NCBI GenBank assembly: GCA_013239625.1
Contig: MU053504.1
Span: 1,304,001 to 1,368,000 of the forward strand
Direction: 5' to 3'
Source of the DNA: Lama guanicoe
Taxonomy: Eukaryota
DNA length: 64,000 nucleotides
Made by a program: the position numbers and the translations under genes. Shown here in pieces: positions 22,300-36,803 of the stretch. Each line of letters starts with the position of its first letter. Position 1 is the first letter of the stretch. The notes below the pieces were generated by a model. That model was not told the origin of the DNA. It worked only from the letters and a program-made list of their open reading frames with translations, and did not search any database.

Positions 22300-24450
22300 A
22301 TTTTCAATCACTTAATCCTTGCATTGCGCCTGTTTTAGAGCTTTTATTGAACTCATCATTTCAGCTGTTAATTCTGTGCCTCATAGGGCTAGCTTCCTCT
22401 TTTTACCTTTGTTTTTCAAAAATATATTGGCCAGTCTTGCCTACGTTTTCATATGCATTTGTTTTATTTTGTTTGCATTCTTTTTTTTCCTCCCATATGC
22501 ATTTGTAAAATCACTTTGGCAATTTCCAGTTATATCCCATTGAGGTTTTTTTTGGAAATTTTTTTAAATCCTTGATTTAATTTGGGAAAACTTCTTAGCT
22601 ATACAATATTTAGTCTTTACATCTAAGAATACCATACATTTCTCAAGACTTATTTTTACATCCTTCAGCAAAATTTGTCATTTTTCTTTATAGAGACCTT
22701 TTCCATGTCTTATGTTTATTTCTACAAAGTTTATGTTTAGTTGCTTTTGTAAATGGGATCATTTTCTATTTATTTAATAACTAGATATTGCTGGCATGTA
22801 GGAAAGCTACATATTTGTGTATTAATTTTTATTTTTGTTTTTTTTAATGGAGATACCCGGGATTGAACCCAGAACCTCCTGCATGCTAAGCATGTGCTCT
22901 GCCACTGAACTATACCCACCCCCGTGTATTAATTTTTAAATCTGGTTCCCCCCTTGTACTCCCTTATTAGTGCTAATTGTTTTCATCTGATTGTGGATGT
23001 AAAGATGCTTTTTCTTGGGTTCTTCTAAATCATTCCTATCCTAAAGTGTGAGTTAACAATCCTAGAACAGTCTCAAATGATGATGGTGATCACAGGTCTC
23101 TTTGCTTTTCCGTCACTTTAATGAAAATGACTCTAGTGTTTCACTTTAAGTAGATGGGAGTTTCTGCCTTGAAACAGATCTCCTTTCTCACTTCCATTTC
23201 ATTGGAAATAGATGTTAGATTTGATCAAATACTTTTCCCTTCTCTTAGTAAACTTACTTTTATTTCTGGAATAACCTTAGTCATAATCCATTATTTTTAA
23301 CTCCACAGGCATGTCTGATTTTTCAGTATTTTATGATTTTTACATAAATTTTCATAAGATTGATCTGAATTTATGTGTGCACATGCATGTACACATGCTG
23401 TCTTGGCAAATTTTAATACTAGGGCTACACTTGCTTTATAATATTAAATAAATAGCATTATCTCCTTTTTATGCTGTAAATCAGTTTCTAGAGCACGATC
23501 ATTCATTTTTTTGGAAATCCAAATGATGACACCCTTAAAACTGTATAGATCAGGAAGCATTTTTATAGAATATCTTGGTAATTTTTAAAATGTTTTTCCT
23601 GTTTTGAATATTGGTTTATCCAAGTTTTAACTTTTTTGGGGGGCCATCTTAATATTTTATATTCTTCCCCAAACTTGATCATTTCATTAAGATTTTCATA
23701 TGTATTAACAGAAAGTTGTATATGGTAGTTCCACAGTTTGTGTAAGTTACATTCTATATATGTTAAGTTTGAATCCTTTTTATTCCTAATATTACTTTTT
23801 CTCCCTTTTCTGTTACAGTTGCCTGACAGCTATCTATGAGTCATTTTGTTAATTTTATCTTAAAACCATTTACCACTGAACTGCACACTCAGATCTTTTT
23901 TTTTTCCAGTTGAAGAATGTGTGCTTCAAATACATCTGATAAATGATTCTGTTCAATCAGGTTTCAATTCAAATGTATGTAGCTTCTTTGTTAGGAAAAG
24001 GATGGCTGCCAAGCCTCCGTTCTTTGTGTTTACTTTCCCTCATTGTTTTTAATTCTTTGCCTTCTTTCTCTTTGCATTCTCAGAAATTTCTCAAGTTTAT
24101 TCTCAATATCATTGAATCAATCTTCTTCTGTCTCAAAGTGTCATGTTAATTTTCATTCTATTACTGAACTTTTAGCAACCTTGTAATCAGTCCTTCCATA
24201 CTTTACCTGTGTTCTTTTTAAAATCTCTGGTTGCTATCCTTCACTCTAGAAGCCATATTTCTTGTATCCTACTAAGAATTTAGTTATGTTTCCTACAGGA
24301 AATGCTTTCCAAAAATCTCAAAGAATGTTGTCCCTTTTTCCTTGTTCTGCCATACTATTTCTCAGATTTCCCTGGCTGTTTTTAGTTATTCAGATCCAGA
24401 TTTCATCCACAGACAGGATGTGCCCATGTCTCCTTCGACCACTGTTTGAA
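22300..24450 (-). mobile_element. Highly decayed old LINE-1 (L1M)
   Basis: T-rich + strand with residual L1 antisense motifs; boundaries approximate. Confidence 0.5.
22831..22923 (-). mobile_element. tRNA-Ala-derived SINE (short form)
   Basis: Reverse-strand tRNA head; exact TSD gtgtattaattttt (22817-22830 and 22924-22937). Confidence 0.93.
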
Positions 24451-26311
24451 ATCTTCTTTCCTACATACAGCTGAAGAGCAAGACAGCTCAGAACCCAGTC
24501 CCAGGGCAGTAGCTACCACCTCAGCAGCTCCAGGAAAGGAGTCAGAGGCTTCCCCCACCCACACCCCAGCTCAGTTTTCTGATTCCCTGAACCAATGAAA
24601 GATGAGCGTTTCAATGCAGAGCTTCTTCCAGGCCTCTGTCTGCTTCTGCCCTACCCGCCTCCAGGCATCACTTTCCAGGCTGAGATGCCCACAGCCTTGA
24701 GGGGCTGTCAAGTGGTTGCCAAGTGACCAACTGGCAGACGACATCTCCAGGGACCTCACTTAGTAACTTTCATTACTCCATTGGTCCTCAGCCTTGCAAG
24801 GATATATTTTATACTGATTTTATCAGCACCCTGATAGGTGATCTGTCTCTCAGGGGAGAACTCACATTATTAAAGCTTATGAGACTGATAAAACCAGATA
24901 CCAGTTTCTTAATTTATAAGGAGAAGTAACTGATGCAAGAACTGAAAAATTTGAAGTCCATGTCAACAGTGCCTTTTATTTTTGATAGTAGAGTTAGTTA
25001 TACGGGAAGCTAAAGCATAATCCCAATTCCAATTTTTTAATTTGCAATGAAAAAAACTCACCATCATAAAACCCAAAATACTTACAGCCCAGGTGATGGG
25101 CAAATGCTTTCCTTACAGACAGACCTATAGAAGAGGCCAAATAAGCCAAAGCTGGGTTTTGAGCACAGAATTGGAGCTTGGAAAGGTAGAGGAAGCAACG
25201 GGACTGGAGTGCCCAGTGTCCGCCATCTGCCATTCCCTACGTCCGTTCCTGCCTTATGGATATCCTTGCCATTATTATCAACTAGACTTTTGCTTATGGG
25301 CCCCTCTGCTCCTTGGCATCTGTGAGCATCTCTCTCTTCTGCCAGGTGGCTCTACCTTCCTTATATAGTAATTATCTGATCATGATATAGTCAAAGCCTT
25401 CAGGTCTGGAAGCCCATCTGTTTCCTTCGGATAAATTTTTCCTTTTATTCTTTAGTGAATTTACAAAGGCAAATATCATTTCCTTTATGAACAAATTCTT
25501 TTGAGACCTTTGCAATAGTAGAAACTGATCTTAGGATTTTTTCCCTACTTCCTCTTTGCCTGCTGTTTTCTATGAGTTTCTTTTTTTTCAATTCCAAATG
25601 GATTTATTCCCGAGGGTGGGGCTGTTGGAAAGCAGCCCCTTGAAGAGTTGACAAATTTTCACCCAGCTAGCAGGCAGGCAAGCTACTCAGGTTTCTAATT
25701 AGTACAAACTGAGTGTCAGAGCTGGAGCAGACCACAGAAAGGGGCATAATGCCTTCCTAACTTCTTTTAGAAAAAAAAGCAGATTGTAGTTTCACCAGGA
25801 AAGAATGGGAAACCATAGGCTGACATCTCTTTACCACTTCCATCAACCTTGGAGTTTAGCAATAATTCCTGTCAGATTAAGGCACTTGGCTCTCTGACAA
25901 ATGTGGATGTAGGAGTTGTAAGATTTCTTTTTTCCCTTGTATTTTTGCTTTAAGATGAAGGAAGTTACTATCAGAGGTTCTTAAGCCAATTTGATCCCCC
26001 CAAATCAGAAATTGTACGCAGAATTCCTAAGTTCATGTATAAACTGTCCAAACCTGAAATTTTATCAGCACTGTAGACAAATGCAGGGTATTGTGTTGCC
26101 CTGGGTTTTCTCTTATTCACACCTGACTTTGGAAAGTGGAGATGTGAGCATCCGCCTCTGGCAGCTTGGGCTCAACAGCTCCAAGATGGCAGCCTCACCC
26201 ACACGTCGACCTCATGTTGACACATCAACATCTACGTGCACCTCCATCCTCCCCCTCCAGGCCCCGAGGCAGCATGTCAATGAACTGAGGGTGTTGCCTG
26301 TTTAATTTCAG

Positions 26312-26393
26312 AAATGGGTCAAGTTTAAAAGAGACTTTGATAACTTCAAGACTCAGTGTATTCCCTGGGAAATGAAGATCAAGGACATTGAAA
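26312..26393 (+). CDS. TMC2: TMC2 exon 6
   Basis: tttcag| ... GAAA|gtgagt, 82 nt; [27 protein letters not shown]. Confidence 0.98.
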
Positions 26394-26587
26394 GTGAGTA
26401 TTTTGATGTCGCTGTGTTAGTTGGTTTGCTGAAGGGTTTTCCAAGGGTTTGGGCTGTGTTCTTGACCAACTGATTAGATTATGTCATAGGTTCTGTTGTA
26501 TCTGTTACGGGCTTTGGACTAGTCAGACCAAAATTTAAATTGTGCTTCTCCACTTTCTGATTGTAGGAACTTGGATAGATAAGTTAA

Positions 26588-26890
<303 letters not shown>

Positions 26891-28704
26891 TGATCACCAT
26901 TTTCTTTTACATTTATCAAATACTCTGTTTTACAAAGAATCCATCATTCATTTTATGTTCTATCCTCACATCAATTGTCTTGTTAGTGCAGTACAAATAA
27001 TGGAAACAAAATATTTGTGTTTCTGAATTAACCAGTGGACCCTACATTTTTCTACCTTTAATTTTACTTTTAGATTGGTAGAGAATTTCTTATCTCAGTG
27101 AGGCTTTTTTTAAATTTTACTCTGAAAAAAAAGAGAGGGATAGGATGCATTATATAATAATGTACTACCACCCCCCCAAAAAAACCCTTGCATTTGAATA
27201 GCACTCCTCACTATCCTCCCAGATATAATCTCATGGATGTAGGTAGGTCCTTACCTACAGATGAGTAATTGACAGGCAAAAAAAAGACTAAGTGACTTTC
27301 AAATTTACACAGGAAATTTGTGGTGAATGAGATCCCAGATTTCCACAGTGTTGGCCTGGAGCATTTTCCAAGGGTGCCTGTGGTCCACCAGCACTGGGCA
27401 CAGTAATTCCTATAGTCCTGCCTGAGCCACTTGGCCCTGGCGCTGGCAAGAAGAAATCTCTCCTTACCTCTAGTCCTTAACCAGCAGTGATTAGACTTTG
27501 TCCCTAAATTTTTGCCTTTATCAGAATATCATGTAAATAGAACCATACAGTATGTAGCATTTTGTGTCTGGCCTCTTTCATTTAGCACGAGGTCTTTGAG
27601 ATTCATCCATGTTGTTGCATGTATCAATAATTTGTCCTTTTTATCACTGAGTAATATTCCATTGTATGGATGTACCATCGTTTGTTATCTATTCACCAGT
27701 CTATGGACATTTGGGTTGTTTCCAACAACCCAAGTGGGGCTATGATAACTAAAGGTACTATAAACATTCACATTCAGGTCTTTGTCATGTATCTTAATTT
27801 TCTATTTCATTAATTTCTTTCTTGGTAATTTCTCTGGGTTTGTATTAGTTATCTATTACTACATAACAAAAATACCACAAAATTTTGCTGAAAAATATTT
27901 ATTATCTCACAGTTTCTGTAAATTGAGAGAGGCTTATCCAAGGTGGTATGAAGGCCAGGTGATGCTGTTTCTTAAGCTAAGTAGTGAATACACAGTAGTT
28001 AATTTTCTTTTCATTATGATCAAATGTACATGTTTTATATATACTATTTTATATACAACCTATTCCCCAATATGAATATAAATTTTAAATAAAACAAAAA
28101 AGAATAGGAGGGAATTACCTAAAAATGATTAAGCGATAAATTTAAAAACAGAAGTAATGTTACATTAAATGATGAAATACTAAAGCCTGTGTTAGTAAAA
28201 ATCAAGAGAAACATGGAGTGCCCCATCCTAGTACTTTTCAACATTATTCTGAAATGTCTACCTAACACAATAAGTCAAAAAAAAATAAATTTACACATTT
28301 TATACAAAAAATACAAAATTCTTTTAGTTTTGAGTTGTATTATTGTATACCCGAAAAACACTAAGGAGTCTACCAAAAGTTTCTTGAAGAAGAAAGATTA
28401 TGTTGAGAAGAAGAGTATATTGAGATGGCTGGAGTTTTTTTAAACATTAACAGCATTTTCTACACATTCAATATCCAGTTTGAAATTAAATTTTAAAATT
28501 TTGCCCTCACAATTGTAATAAATCTATAAAATAACTAGTAATAAATTTAACAAATTAGAAGATTTCTATGAGGAACACTATAAAGTATTGCAGGAAAAAA
28601 TATGACCAAATAAACAGGAGGATACATTCTTTGAAGGGAAAACAATAATTTAAAAAAAAATCAATCCTTTCTAAATCAATATGTAAATTTAATACAATTC
28701 TGAT

Positions 28705-28792
28705 TTTATCTATTTATATATTGACATAAAGTTGATTTACAATGTTGTGTTTGTTTCTGGTGTACAGCATAGAGATTCAGTTATATGTGTAT

Positions 28793-28823
<31 letters not shown>

Positions 28824-30705
28824 CATATACACACACACATCCACATACACACACACATTCTTTTTCATATTCTTCTCCATTATGGTTTATTTCAAGCTCT
28901 TGACTATAGCTCCCTGTGCTATCAGTAGGACCTTGTTGTTTATCTATTTTATATACAGTAGTTTGTATCTGCTAATCCCAAACTCCTAATTTACCCCTCC
29001 ACCACCACTTTGCCCTTTGGTAATCGTAAGTTTGTTTTCAATGTCTGTGAATCTGTTTCTGTTTTGTAAATAAACTCATTTGTGTCATGTTTTAGATTCC
29101 ACATATAAGTGATACCATATGGTATTTGTCTTTCTCTTTCTGACTTATTTCACTTAGTATGGTAATCTCTAGGTCCATCCATGTTGCTGCAAATGACATT
29201 ATTTCATTCTTTTTATGACTGAGTAGTATTCTATTGTGTATATATACTATATCTTCTGTATCAGTTCATCTGTTGATGGACACTTAGGTTGCTTCCATGT
29301 CTTGGCTGTTGTAAATGGTGCTGCTATGAACACTGAGGTGCATGTATCTTTTCGAATTACAGTTTTCTCCAGATATATGCCCAGGAGTGGAATTGCTGGA
29401 TCATATGGTAACTCTAATTTTGTTTTTTAAGGAACCTCCATACTGTTTTCCGTAGTGGCTTCACCAATTTACATTCCCGCTAACAGTGTAGGGCAGTTCT
29501 CTTTTCTCCACACGCTCTCCAGCATTTGTTATTTGTAGACTTTTTAATGATGGCCATCCTAACCAGTGTGAGGTGGTAACTCACTGTAGTTTTAATTTGC
29601 ATTTCTCTAATAAATAATGATATTGAGCATCTTTTCATGTACCTCTTGGCCATCTGTATGTCTTCTTTTGAGAAATGTCTATTTAGGTCTTCTGCCTATT
29701 TTTTTATTGGGGTTTTTGTTGTTGTTTTTCATAATCAGGTTTTTTATTTGTATGACATTGAATTATTTCCATTTTTTTTAAGTATACTCAGTTTACAATG
29801 TTGTTTCAATTTCTGGTGTACAACATGAAGTTTCAGTCGTATGTATACATACATATATTCATTTTCATATTATTTTTTCATTACAGGTTACTACAGGATA
29901 TTAAATATAGTTCCCTGTGCTGCAAAGTATACACTTCTTGTTTATTTATTTTATATTCAGTCCCATTTGTTTTTCTTTTTTAACATTTTTTATTGATTTA
30001 CAATCATTTTACAATGTTGTATCAAATTCCAGTGTAGAGCACAATTTTTCAGTTATACATGAACATATATATATTCATTGTCACATTTTTTCTCCATGAG
30101 CTACCATAAGATCTTGTATATATTTCCCTATGCTATACAGTATAATCTTGTTTATCTATTCTACAATTTTGAAATCCCAGTCTATCCCTTCCCTCCCTCC
30201 ACCCCCTTGGCAATCACAAGAAAGAGAAAGAAAAATACCATATGAGACTGCTCATATGTGGAATCTAAAAGAAAAACACACAAAGCATAAATACAAAACA
30301 GAAATAGACTCATAGACATAGAGTACAAACTTGTTGTTATTGAGTTGTATGAACTATTTGTATACTTGAAGAGTTAAGCCCTTGTCTGTCACATCATTTG
30401 CAAATATTTTCTCCCAGTCCGTAGGTTGTCTTTTCATTTTGTTTATGGTTTCCTTTGCTGTGCAAAAGCTAATAGGTTTAATTAGATCCCATTTTTTTTT
30501 TGCTTTTATTTCTATTGTCTTGGGAGACTGACCTAAGAAAACATTAGTACAATTTATATCAGAGAATGTTTTGCTTATGTTCTCTTCTAGGAGTTTTATT
30601 GTATCATGTCTTATATTGAAATCTTTAAGCCATTTTGAGTTTATTTTTGTCTACTGTGTGAGAGTATGTTCTAACTTCATTGATTTACATGCAGCTATCA
30701 AGTTT
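28705..30705 (-). mobile_element. LINE-1 3' portion, antisense, with nested L1 insertion(s) at 29725-30333 and (CA)n at ~28793-28857
   Basis: Continuous antisense L1 3'UTR and ORF2-end sequence, interrupted between 29724 and 30334. Confidence 0.9.
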
Positions 30706-30825
30706 AATTTTTTTAATAATTAAGGATGTGAATAAAATCATGTATATGAGGATATTAATAACAAAAAGTTGTATATATGAAGAATTAGAAATATTCTAAT
30801 GGCCAAAAATAGGGAATTCTTTAAA

Positions 30826-31057
30826 TTTTATTTTTTATTAAAGTGTAGTTGATTTACAATGTTAGTTTCAGGTGTGCAGCAAAGCAATTCAGTTATACAT
30901 ATACATACGTATATATACATGTATTTTCAGATTCTTTTCCATTATAGCTTATTATAAGAAATTGAATATAGTTCCCTGTGCTATTCAGTAGGTCCTTGTT
31001 ATTTATCTATTTCATATATAGTAGTGTGTATCTGTTAATCCCAAACTTTTAACTTAT
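30826..31057 (-). mobile_element. L1 3'-end insertion
   Basis: T tail plus aagtgtagttgatttacaatg; TSD aatagggaattctttaa / aatggggaattttttaa. Confidence 0.85.
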
Positions 31058-31286
31058 CAATGGGGAATTTTTTAAGTAAGTTTATGATACATACATGTGA
31101 TTAGATATTTTGAAGTCATTTTGTTTTGAAAAGTACCATATGCCATAGGGAATTGGTCATAAAATAATAGTAAGCTAAATAACCAAATTAAAACATATAT
31201 AAAACTCAGAACAACTAAAAGAGAATATATGAATATCTAAGAGTCATTATCGTTAAGATTTGAAGTTAATAAGTAATTTTTAAAAA

Positions 31287-31426
31287 CTTTTTGGGGGTGT
31301 TTTTTGGAGGGGTAGATAATTAGGTTTATTTATTTATGTGTTTTTCTAGTGGAGGTACTGGAGCTCGAACCCAGGACCTTGTGCATGCGAAGCATGCGCT
31401 CTACCACTGAGCTATACCCTCCCCCC
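31287..31426 (-). mobile_element. tRNA-Ala-derived SINE (long form)
   Basis: Reverse-strand tRNA head; TSD aataagtaat. Confidence 0.92.
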
Positions 31427-31636
31427 AATAAGTAATATTTTAATACTCTTCTGTACTTTTTCACATTTTCTACAATGAGTGTGTCATACTTTTAAAATCA
31501 GGAAAAGGATTAATGTTTTTTAAAGAAAAAAGATATATGTGTCCTGCTCTGATAAGGGATTTAACCCACTATGTGCTTGTCTCCGCGTGTTTGCATCTTC
31601 TCCACATATAATCGTGTTGTTCTGTCCCCACACAAG

Positions 31637-31735
31637 GTACTGATGGGCATGCCCTATGGAAGTATACCCAGAAAGACAGTGCCTCGGGCTGAGGAAGAAA
31701 AAGCCATGGATTTTTCAGTCCTTTGGGACTTTGAG
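31637..31735 (+). CDS. TMC2: TMC2 exon 8
   Basis: cacaag| ... GAG|gtacca, 99 nt; VLMGMPYGSIPRKTVPRAEEEKAMDFSVLWDFE. Confidence 0.97.
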
Positions 31736-33044
31736 GTACCATTGCCAACACACCACTGCACTTCCATTTTGTGATCATGGATAAAAGTGAAATGTTGCAT
31801 TTAATTATTGGAAAGCCAGTGCTTTAATCAAATGGGATCCCAGCACTATGCAGAATGAGCTAGCCAGCCATGTCCTCCTGTCTCCCTTCATGGGTCCTTT
31901 CTTCAGCCACGTACTCTGATGGATGTGAGTTCCCTGTGAGGCCATTGTTCCCCTCGTTCTGCCAGGTCCATGTAAGGCAATCTTACAGGATGCTCAGGAT
32001 GGTTTTTTCCTGGCCATAACCACAGTAAGACCCCAGGGCTATTGCCAGTCCAGCCTTTCCCCAAGCTTCACGTGGCATCTTCAACTGCATATCCTATGTG
32101 CTCCTCAAATTCAACATCTATCCAACCAAACCCACATCACTTTTTCCCATCTCCTTTATTGGAATCACCATTCATCCAACCATTCAAGTCACCCTACATT
32201 TTCTCTTCCTCACAACCACCGTGCACATCCAGTCAATCACTAAATCTGAGCCTATCTACTAAACATCTCTTGAATCAGTCCCCTTTTCTCCGTCCCTCTC
32301 ACCTCTTCTTTGAATAACGCCCCCATTGTACCAGGACCACTGTCAGACTTGTCTACCTCTGCTCCCTGCCTTGGCTTAGCTCCCAAAATCTCCATTCCCT
32401 CTGCTGCCAGGTAACCTTTCTAAAATGCAAACCTGACCCTGTCACTCCCCATCTCCAATATTCATTTATTCCCACTCCCAGATAAAATAAAACCAAGCGT
32501 TGTGAACTGGGGTTATAATTATTCATGACCTGATTGCTCCTCCCTCTCCAGTCCCATGTCTATCTAACACCTCACACTTTGTGCCCCAATATTATCAAGT
32601 TTGGAGGAAGTCCAGTTGCTGCCACCACTCTTCACTCTCATAGTCAGACTCAAGACCCCTCAGAAACATGTGAAAGTGAGGTGGAATATTTTCCCAAGTT
32701 GTTTGGAACAGAGATGTTCCAAGTAACTATTATATCACTAAGAATTATATACTGCTACTAAGAATTTCTTTTATTCTTTACTTCATCCAAAGACCCCGGA
32801 TGAAACATGCTATCTACCCAAAAGCAACAGTTTATTCAGCAATAATCTGTGAAAATTTAAAATTTCAAAAACTTATATCCATCACATCAGTGGCTGTTTC
32901 TCAATAAATACTTTCCTGATGAAATCAATGGAGATATTAACAAATGGGATTTTTTATATTGTATAAGAAATGTGTCAACATTTGGCATATTTGCATAACT
33001 CAGTGAACCATTACTTTCTAGATGACCAGTACATGATGTTACAT

Positions 33045-33610
33045 ATTCTTTTTCATTAAAAGTTATTACAAGATATTGAATACAGTTCCCTGTGCTATAC
33101 AGAAGAAATTTGTATTTTTACCTATTTTTATATATAGTAGTTGGTCTCTAAAAATCTTGAACTCTCAGACTTATCCCTTCCCCTGGTAACCATAAGATTG
33201 TTTATACGTCTTCTAGTCTGTTTCTGTTTTGTAGGTAAGTTCATTAGTGTCTTCTTTTCTCTTTTTTCTTTTTTTAGATTCCACATGAGTGATATCATAT
33301 GGTATTTTTCTTTCTCTTTCTGCCTTACTTCACTTAAAATGACAGTCTCCAGGTCCATCCATGTTGCTGCAAATGGCATTATTATATTCCTTTTTATGGC
33401 TGAGTAGTACTCCATTGTATAAACATACCACAACTTCTTTATCCAATCATCTGTTGATGGACATTTAGATTGCTTCCATGTCTTGGCTACTGTAAATGGT
33501 GCTGCTATGAACATTGGGGTGCATATACCTTTTCGAGTTAGAGTTCCCTCCAGATATATGCCCAGGAGTGGGATTGCTGGATCATATGGTAACTCAATTT
33601 TTAGTTTTTT
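33045..33610 (-). mobile_element. LINE-1 3' portion
   Basis: Minus-strand ORF MFIAAPFTVAKTWKQSKCPSTDDWIKKLWYVYTMEYYSAIK is the L1 ORF2 C-terminus. Confidence 0.92.
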
Positions 33611-33912
33611 GGCTAATTTCTAATTTTATCCCAAATGTTAACAACACTTTCTTCTTCATTCTGCATCTCTGTGCACTCTGTGTAATGGAGACATGGATAG
33701 AAGAAAGGAAAGAGGGGAGATATGAGGATGTGGATTGACTCTGGAGCAACTAGTGGGGAGTGAAGGGAAGAGCAGGAATGTTCAGAACCCAGCCTTCTTC
33801 CCCTCGGGATCCCATCACACCCCTGAGAAAGAAGTCCCAGGCAGAAGAGCAATGTCTGATGACTGTAGCACTGAGCTTACAAACCCAGAGCATGGGCTTT
33901 GCTGTCCCACAG

Positions 33913-34055
33913 GGCTACATCAAGTACTCTGCTCTCTTCTATGGCTACTACAACAACCAGAGGACCATCGGGTGGCTGAGGTACAGGCTGCCCATGGCTT
34001 ACTTCATGGTGGGGGTCAGCGTGTTTGGCTATAGCCTGATGATCGTCATTAGATC
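33913..34055 (+). CDS. TMC2: TMC2 exon 9
   Basis: cccacag| ... TC|gtaagt, 143 nt; GYIKYSALFYGYYNNQRTIGWLRYRLPMAYFMVGVSVFGYSLMIVIR. Confidence 0.98.
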
Positions 34056-35606
34056 GTAAGTATGACCATCTCATTTACATGCTTTTTATTTTCTTCACAC
34101 AAATAGTCCACTCCTGTGGCCACTCTGTACCTACTTATCTTCTTGTCGGGGATTTAGAGAGAAAACAAGAAAACAAATAAATAAAGCAAATACATATTTT
34201 CATATATGGTATAAAAGGCATAAACAGGGTAATGTGGTACATTCTGGGAGATGGGATAGAAATTCCTTTAGATGAGGCTGGGCACAGCATTTTAAACATA
34301 CCAAGAGCATGTGCAAAGGCCCCGAGGCAGCAAATATCCTACTTAGTTCCAAAAACTGTCAAAAGGCCAGTGTGGCTTGAGGGAGAACATGGTACCCAGA
34401 AAGGAAAGGCTAGAGTAGTTTGTGATGCCTGTTTCTGCTTTCCCCAGAGCCCACCTTCCTCAGAAAAATTCTCTGCTTCTCTTTAAGTCTAGCTGGCAGG
34501 CGAGAACCGAGCTGGCACTTAACAAAGATATAAACAATGAGCCTAAACATGTGTATGTGGCTGAGAATGAACCATGGTGTCCTCTCTGGCCCCAACTCTA
34601 TCTGTCTCTGTGGCCAGAAATGGCATTTTGATATGTCTGTGCCTCTTAATTCATATTCTCTGAAGAAAAAAATTGGCACAGCCCATGAATTGTCTTGAAA
34701 GTCAGGAGACCACAGTCAGGGACCACAGGCTGTGCAGGGTGAGGACATCATCTGCTGCCAGTCATCTGCTTTTCACAGGAGCCTGCCTGGTGCAGTGACC
34801 GCTGGGTGACATGTGGCTGCCCAGCTCTATCAAGCAAAAGGAAAAAAACAAGAAGTCAGGCTTGGTTTTCTTCCTAGCCCTAGCCCTCGCATTGTTACAT
34901 TTTCCCTGCTACTATCCCAGATGAATATAAGGAGATGGGCTGTTTTCCTGTTGAACCAAAGTGCTAACAAAGGCAGCCAAGCCCCTGGAGCAGCAATCCC
35001 CAAAGCGGACACATCAGATAGAGTCAGAGAGGCACAAGCCCCATTGTGTCTAATGGAGCCCCGGCCCAGAATTCTGTGGTTCCCACAGGGCTGATCTCCA
35101 GGAAGCACAAGAGAGGGTGAGGACAGGTAGGATGAAATAGGTGGGTATCAAGGCAGGTCCAAGGACTTTCCTCCTGGCTTGCTTAAGAAAATGATGTCTG
35201 TGTTACCTGGTTGCAGTATCAACTGTCTCAGGGCTTATTGAATTTTGTATCAGAAAAAAAATGTAATTTCTATCCAAGAAAACAGATGAATTAGAAGGGA
35301 ATGTTCTTGGTGAGAATCAAGAATTCTAAAACATTGGCAGGTGAGTCAAGCCACAGGAAATCAGATGTCAGGATAGAAAACATGGTTAAGTGTCCTGTAC
35401 CTTGCAGGCTCCTTGTTACCCAACTGACACCATGTATGCTCACTGGGTCTCTGAATTTGGGGAGAAGGTACCCTGGCCATCAGTAGTCTGGTTCACATTT
35501 ATCTTGGCTCTTTCCCCTCACTGGATGTCTGCCATCTGTGCCCAAAGTTCCCTTGGGCTGACACAGAAACAGGGCAGATATAACCACAGTGGCGTGCACC
35601 CTGCAG

Positions 35607-35754
35607 GATGGCCAGCAACACCCAGGGCAGCACCAGCGAGGGGGAGAATGATAACTTCACGTTCAGCTTCAAGATGTTCACCAGCTGGGATTACCTGATC
35701 GGGAATTCAGAGACGGCTGACAGCAAGTATGCCTCCATCACCACCAGCTTCAAG
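35607..35754 (+). CDS. TMC2: TMC2 exon 10
   Basis: cctgcag| ... AAG|gtagcc, 148 nt; [49 protein letters not shown]. Confidence 0.98.
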
Positions 35755-36803
35755 GTAGCCACCTCAGGGCCATTCCCACCTCCCAGGGGAACTTTGGGTA
35801 CCTCTTGTCATCAGGAGACTTCTCCCTGCTGGGGTGTGGGAAGTAAGATCCCCAATTATGGTAGTAAGAGCTTTACCAAAAGTGGGAGCCTAGCTCTCAA
35901 GCCTTCAAGAAAGAATGTTCATGGCTGGTACCCACTATCTGTTTCTTAATATGGCAGAGAATCATGGATGCTGGGACCTGGTCCAGCCTGTTTCCTTGTG
36001 GAACTACTTTCTGCTGGGGGAAGTGGAAGGACTCACTCGGGGCAGCCGTCATCAACCTTCACACATGTTTGCAGGATCTGAGGAGCTTTAAAACTCTTCT
36101 GGGCCCCACTGCAGAGATTTTGGCATATTGATCTAGGGTGGGGTCCTAGCATTGGTTTTTTTAAAACTCTCTCAAGTGACTAGAACACCCAGAGAGAGTT
36201 GAGAACCCTGGCTTGGGGGTGTGAGAATGAAGGACTCAACTAAGTGTAAAACTCCACACTTGATTATCTCATCACTTTGTTCATAAGAGAGATGTGAGGT
36301 GGCCTGAAGAATATAGAACAAAAGCAAGCCTGTAGGTGAGCAGGTGAATGAAGGTTACTATGACACCCACCATGACTGTAAAGCCATTCAGAGTTCTTGA
36401 CAGTCCAGTACTTCCGGCTGATCAGTCTCGCCCCAGGGCTGGCAAGGGTCAGATTTACATCGCAGTTGTGCTTGGTTGTCTTGTCTTCTTCCCACTCCTC
36501 TCCCCTGGCCCTTCTGGGAGAAGTGGGCCGCTGCCCACCGATACCAGTCATAGGCTACAGAAGCCGGGTACACCCAAGGGACAGGGCTTGGGCTCAGCAA
36601 GTCACTGCATGGGTTTCACGAGCCCCGGAGTCTGTGGGCTTGGCAGTGGGTGGAGCAGGGCGCTGCCTTGGTCCTCCTCCCCTTCTCCTTCTCACAGCCA
36701 TGGGGAGCCTCTGGCAGAGCATCCAATGGCAGGGCAGGGGTCAACAGGGGCTTTGACCCTTCCTCCAGGACTGCCAGCGAGAGACAAAGAAGGTCAATCC
36801 CTG

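Noticed and set aside
33128..33514. 128-aa ORF, and similar ORFs at 1874-2191, 29236-29430 and 19455-20003
   Set aside because: Translations of LINE-1 or MaLR fragments; no intact ORF1 or ORF2 is present.
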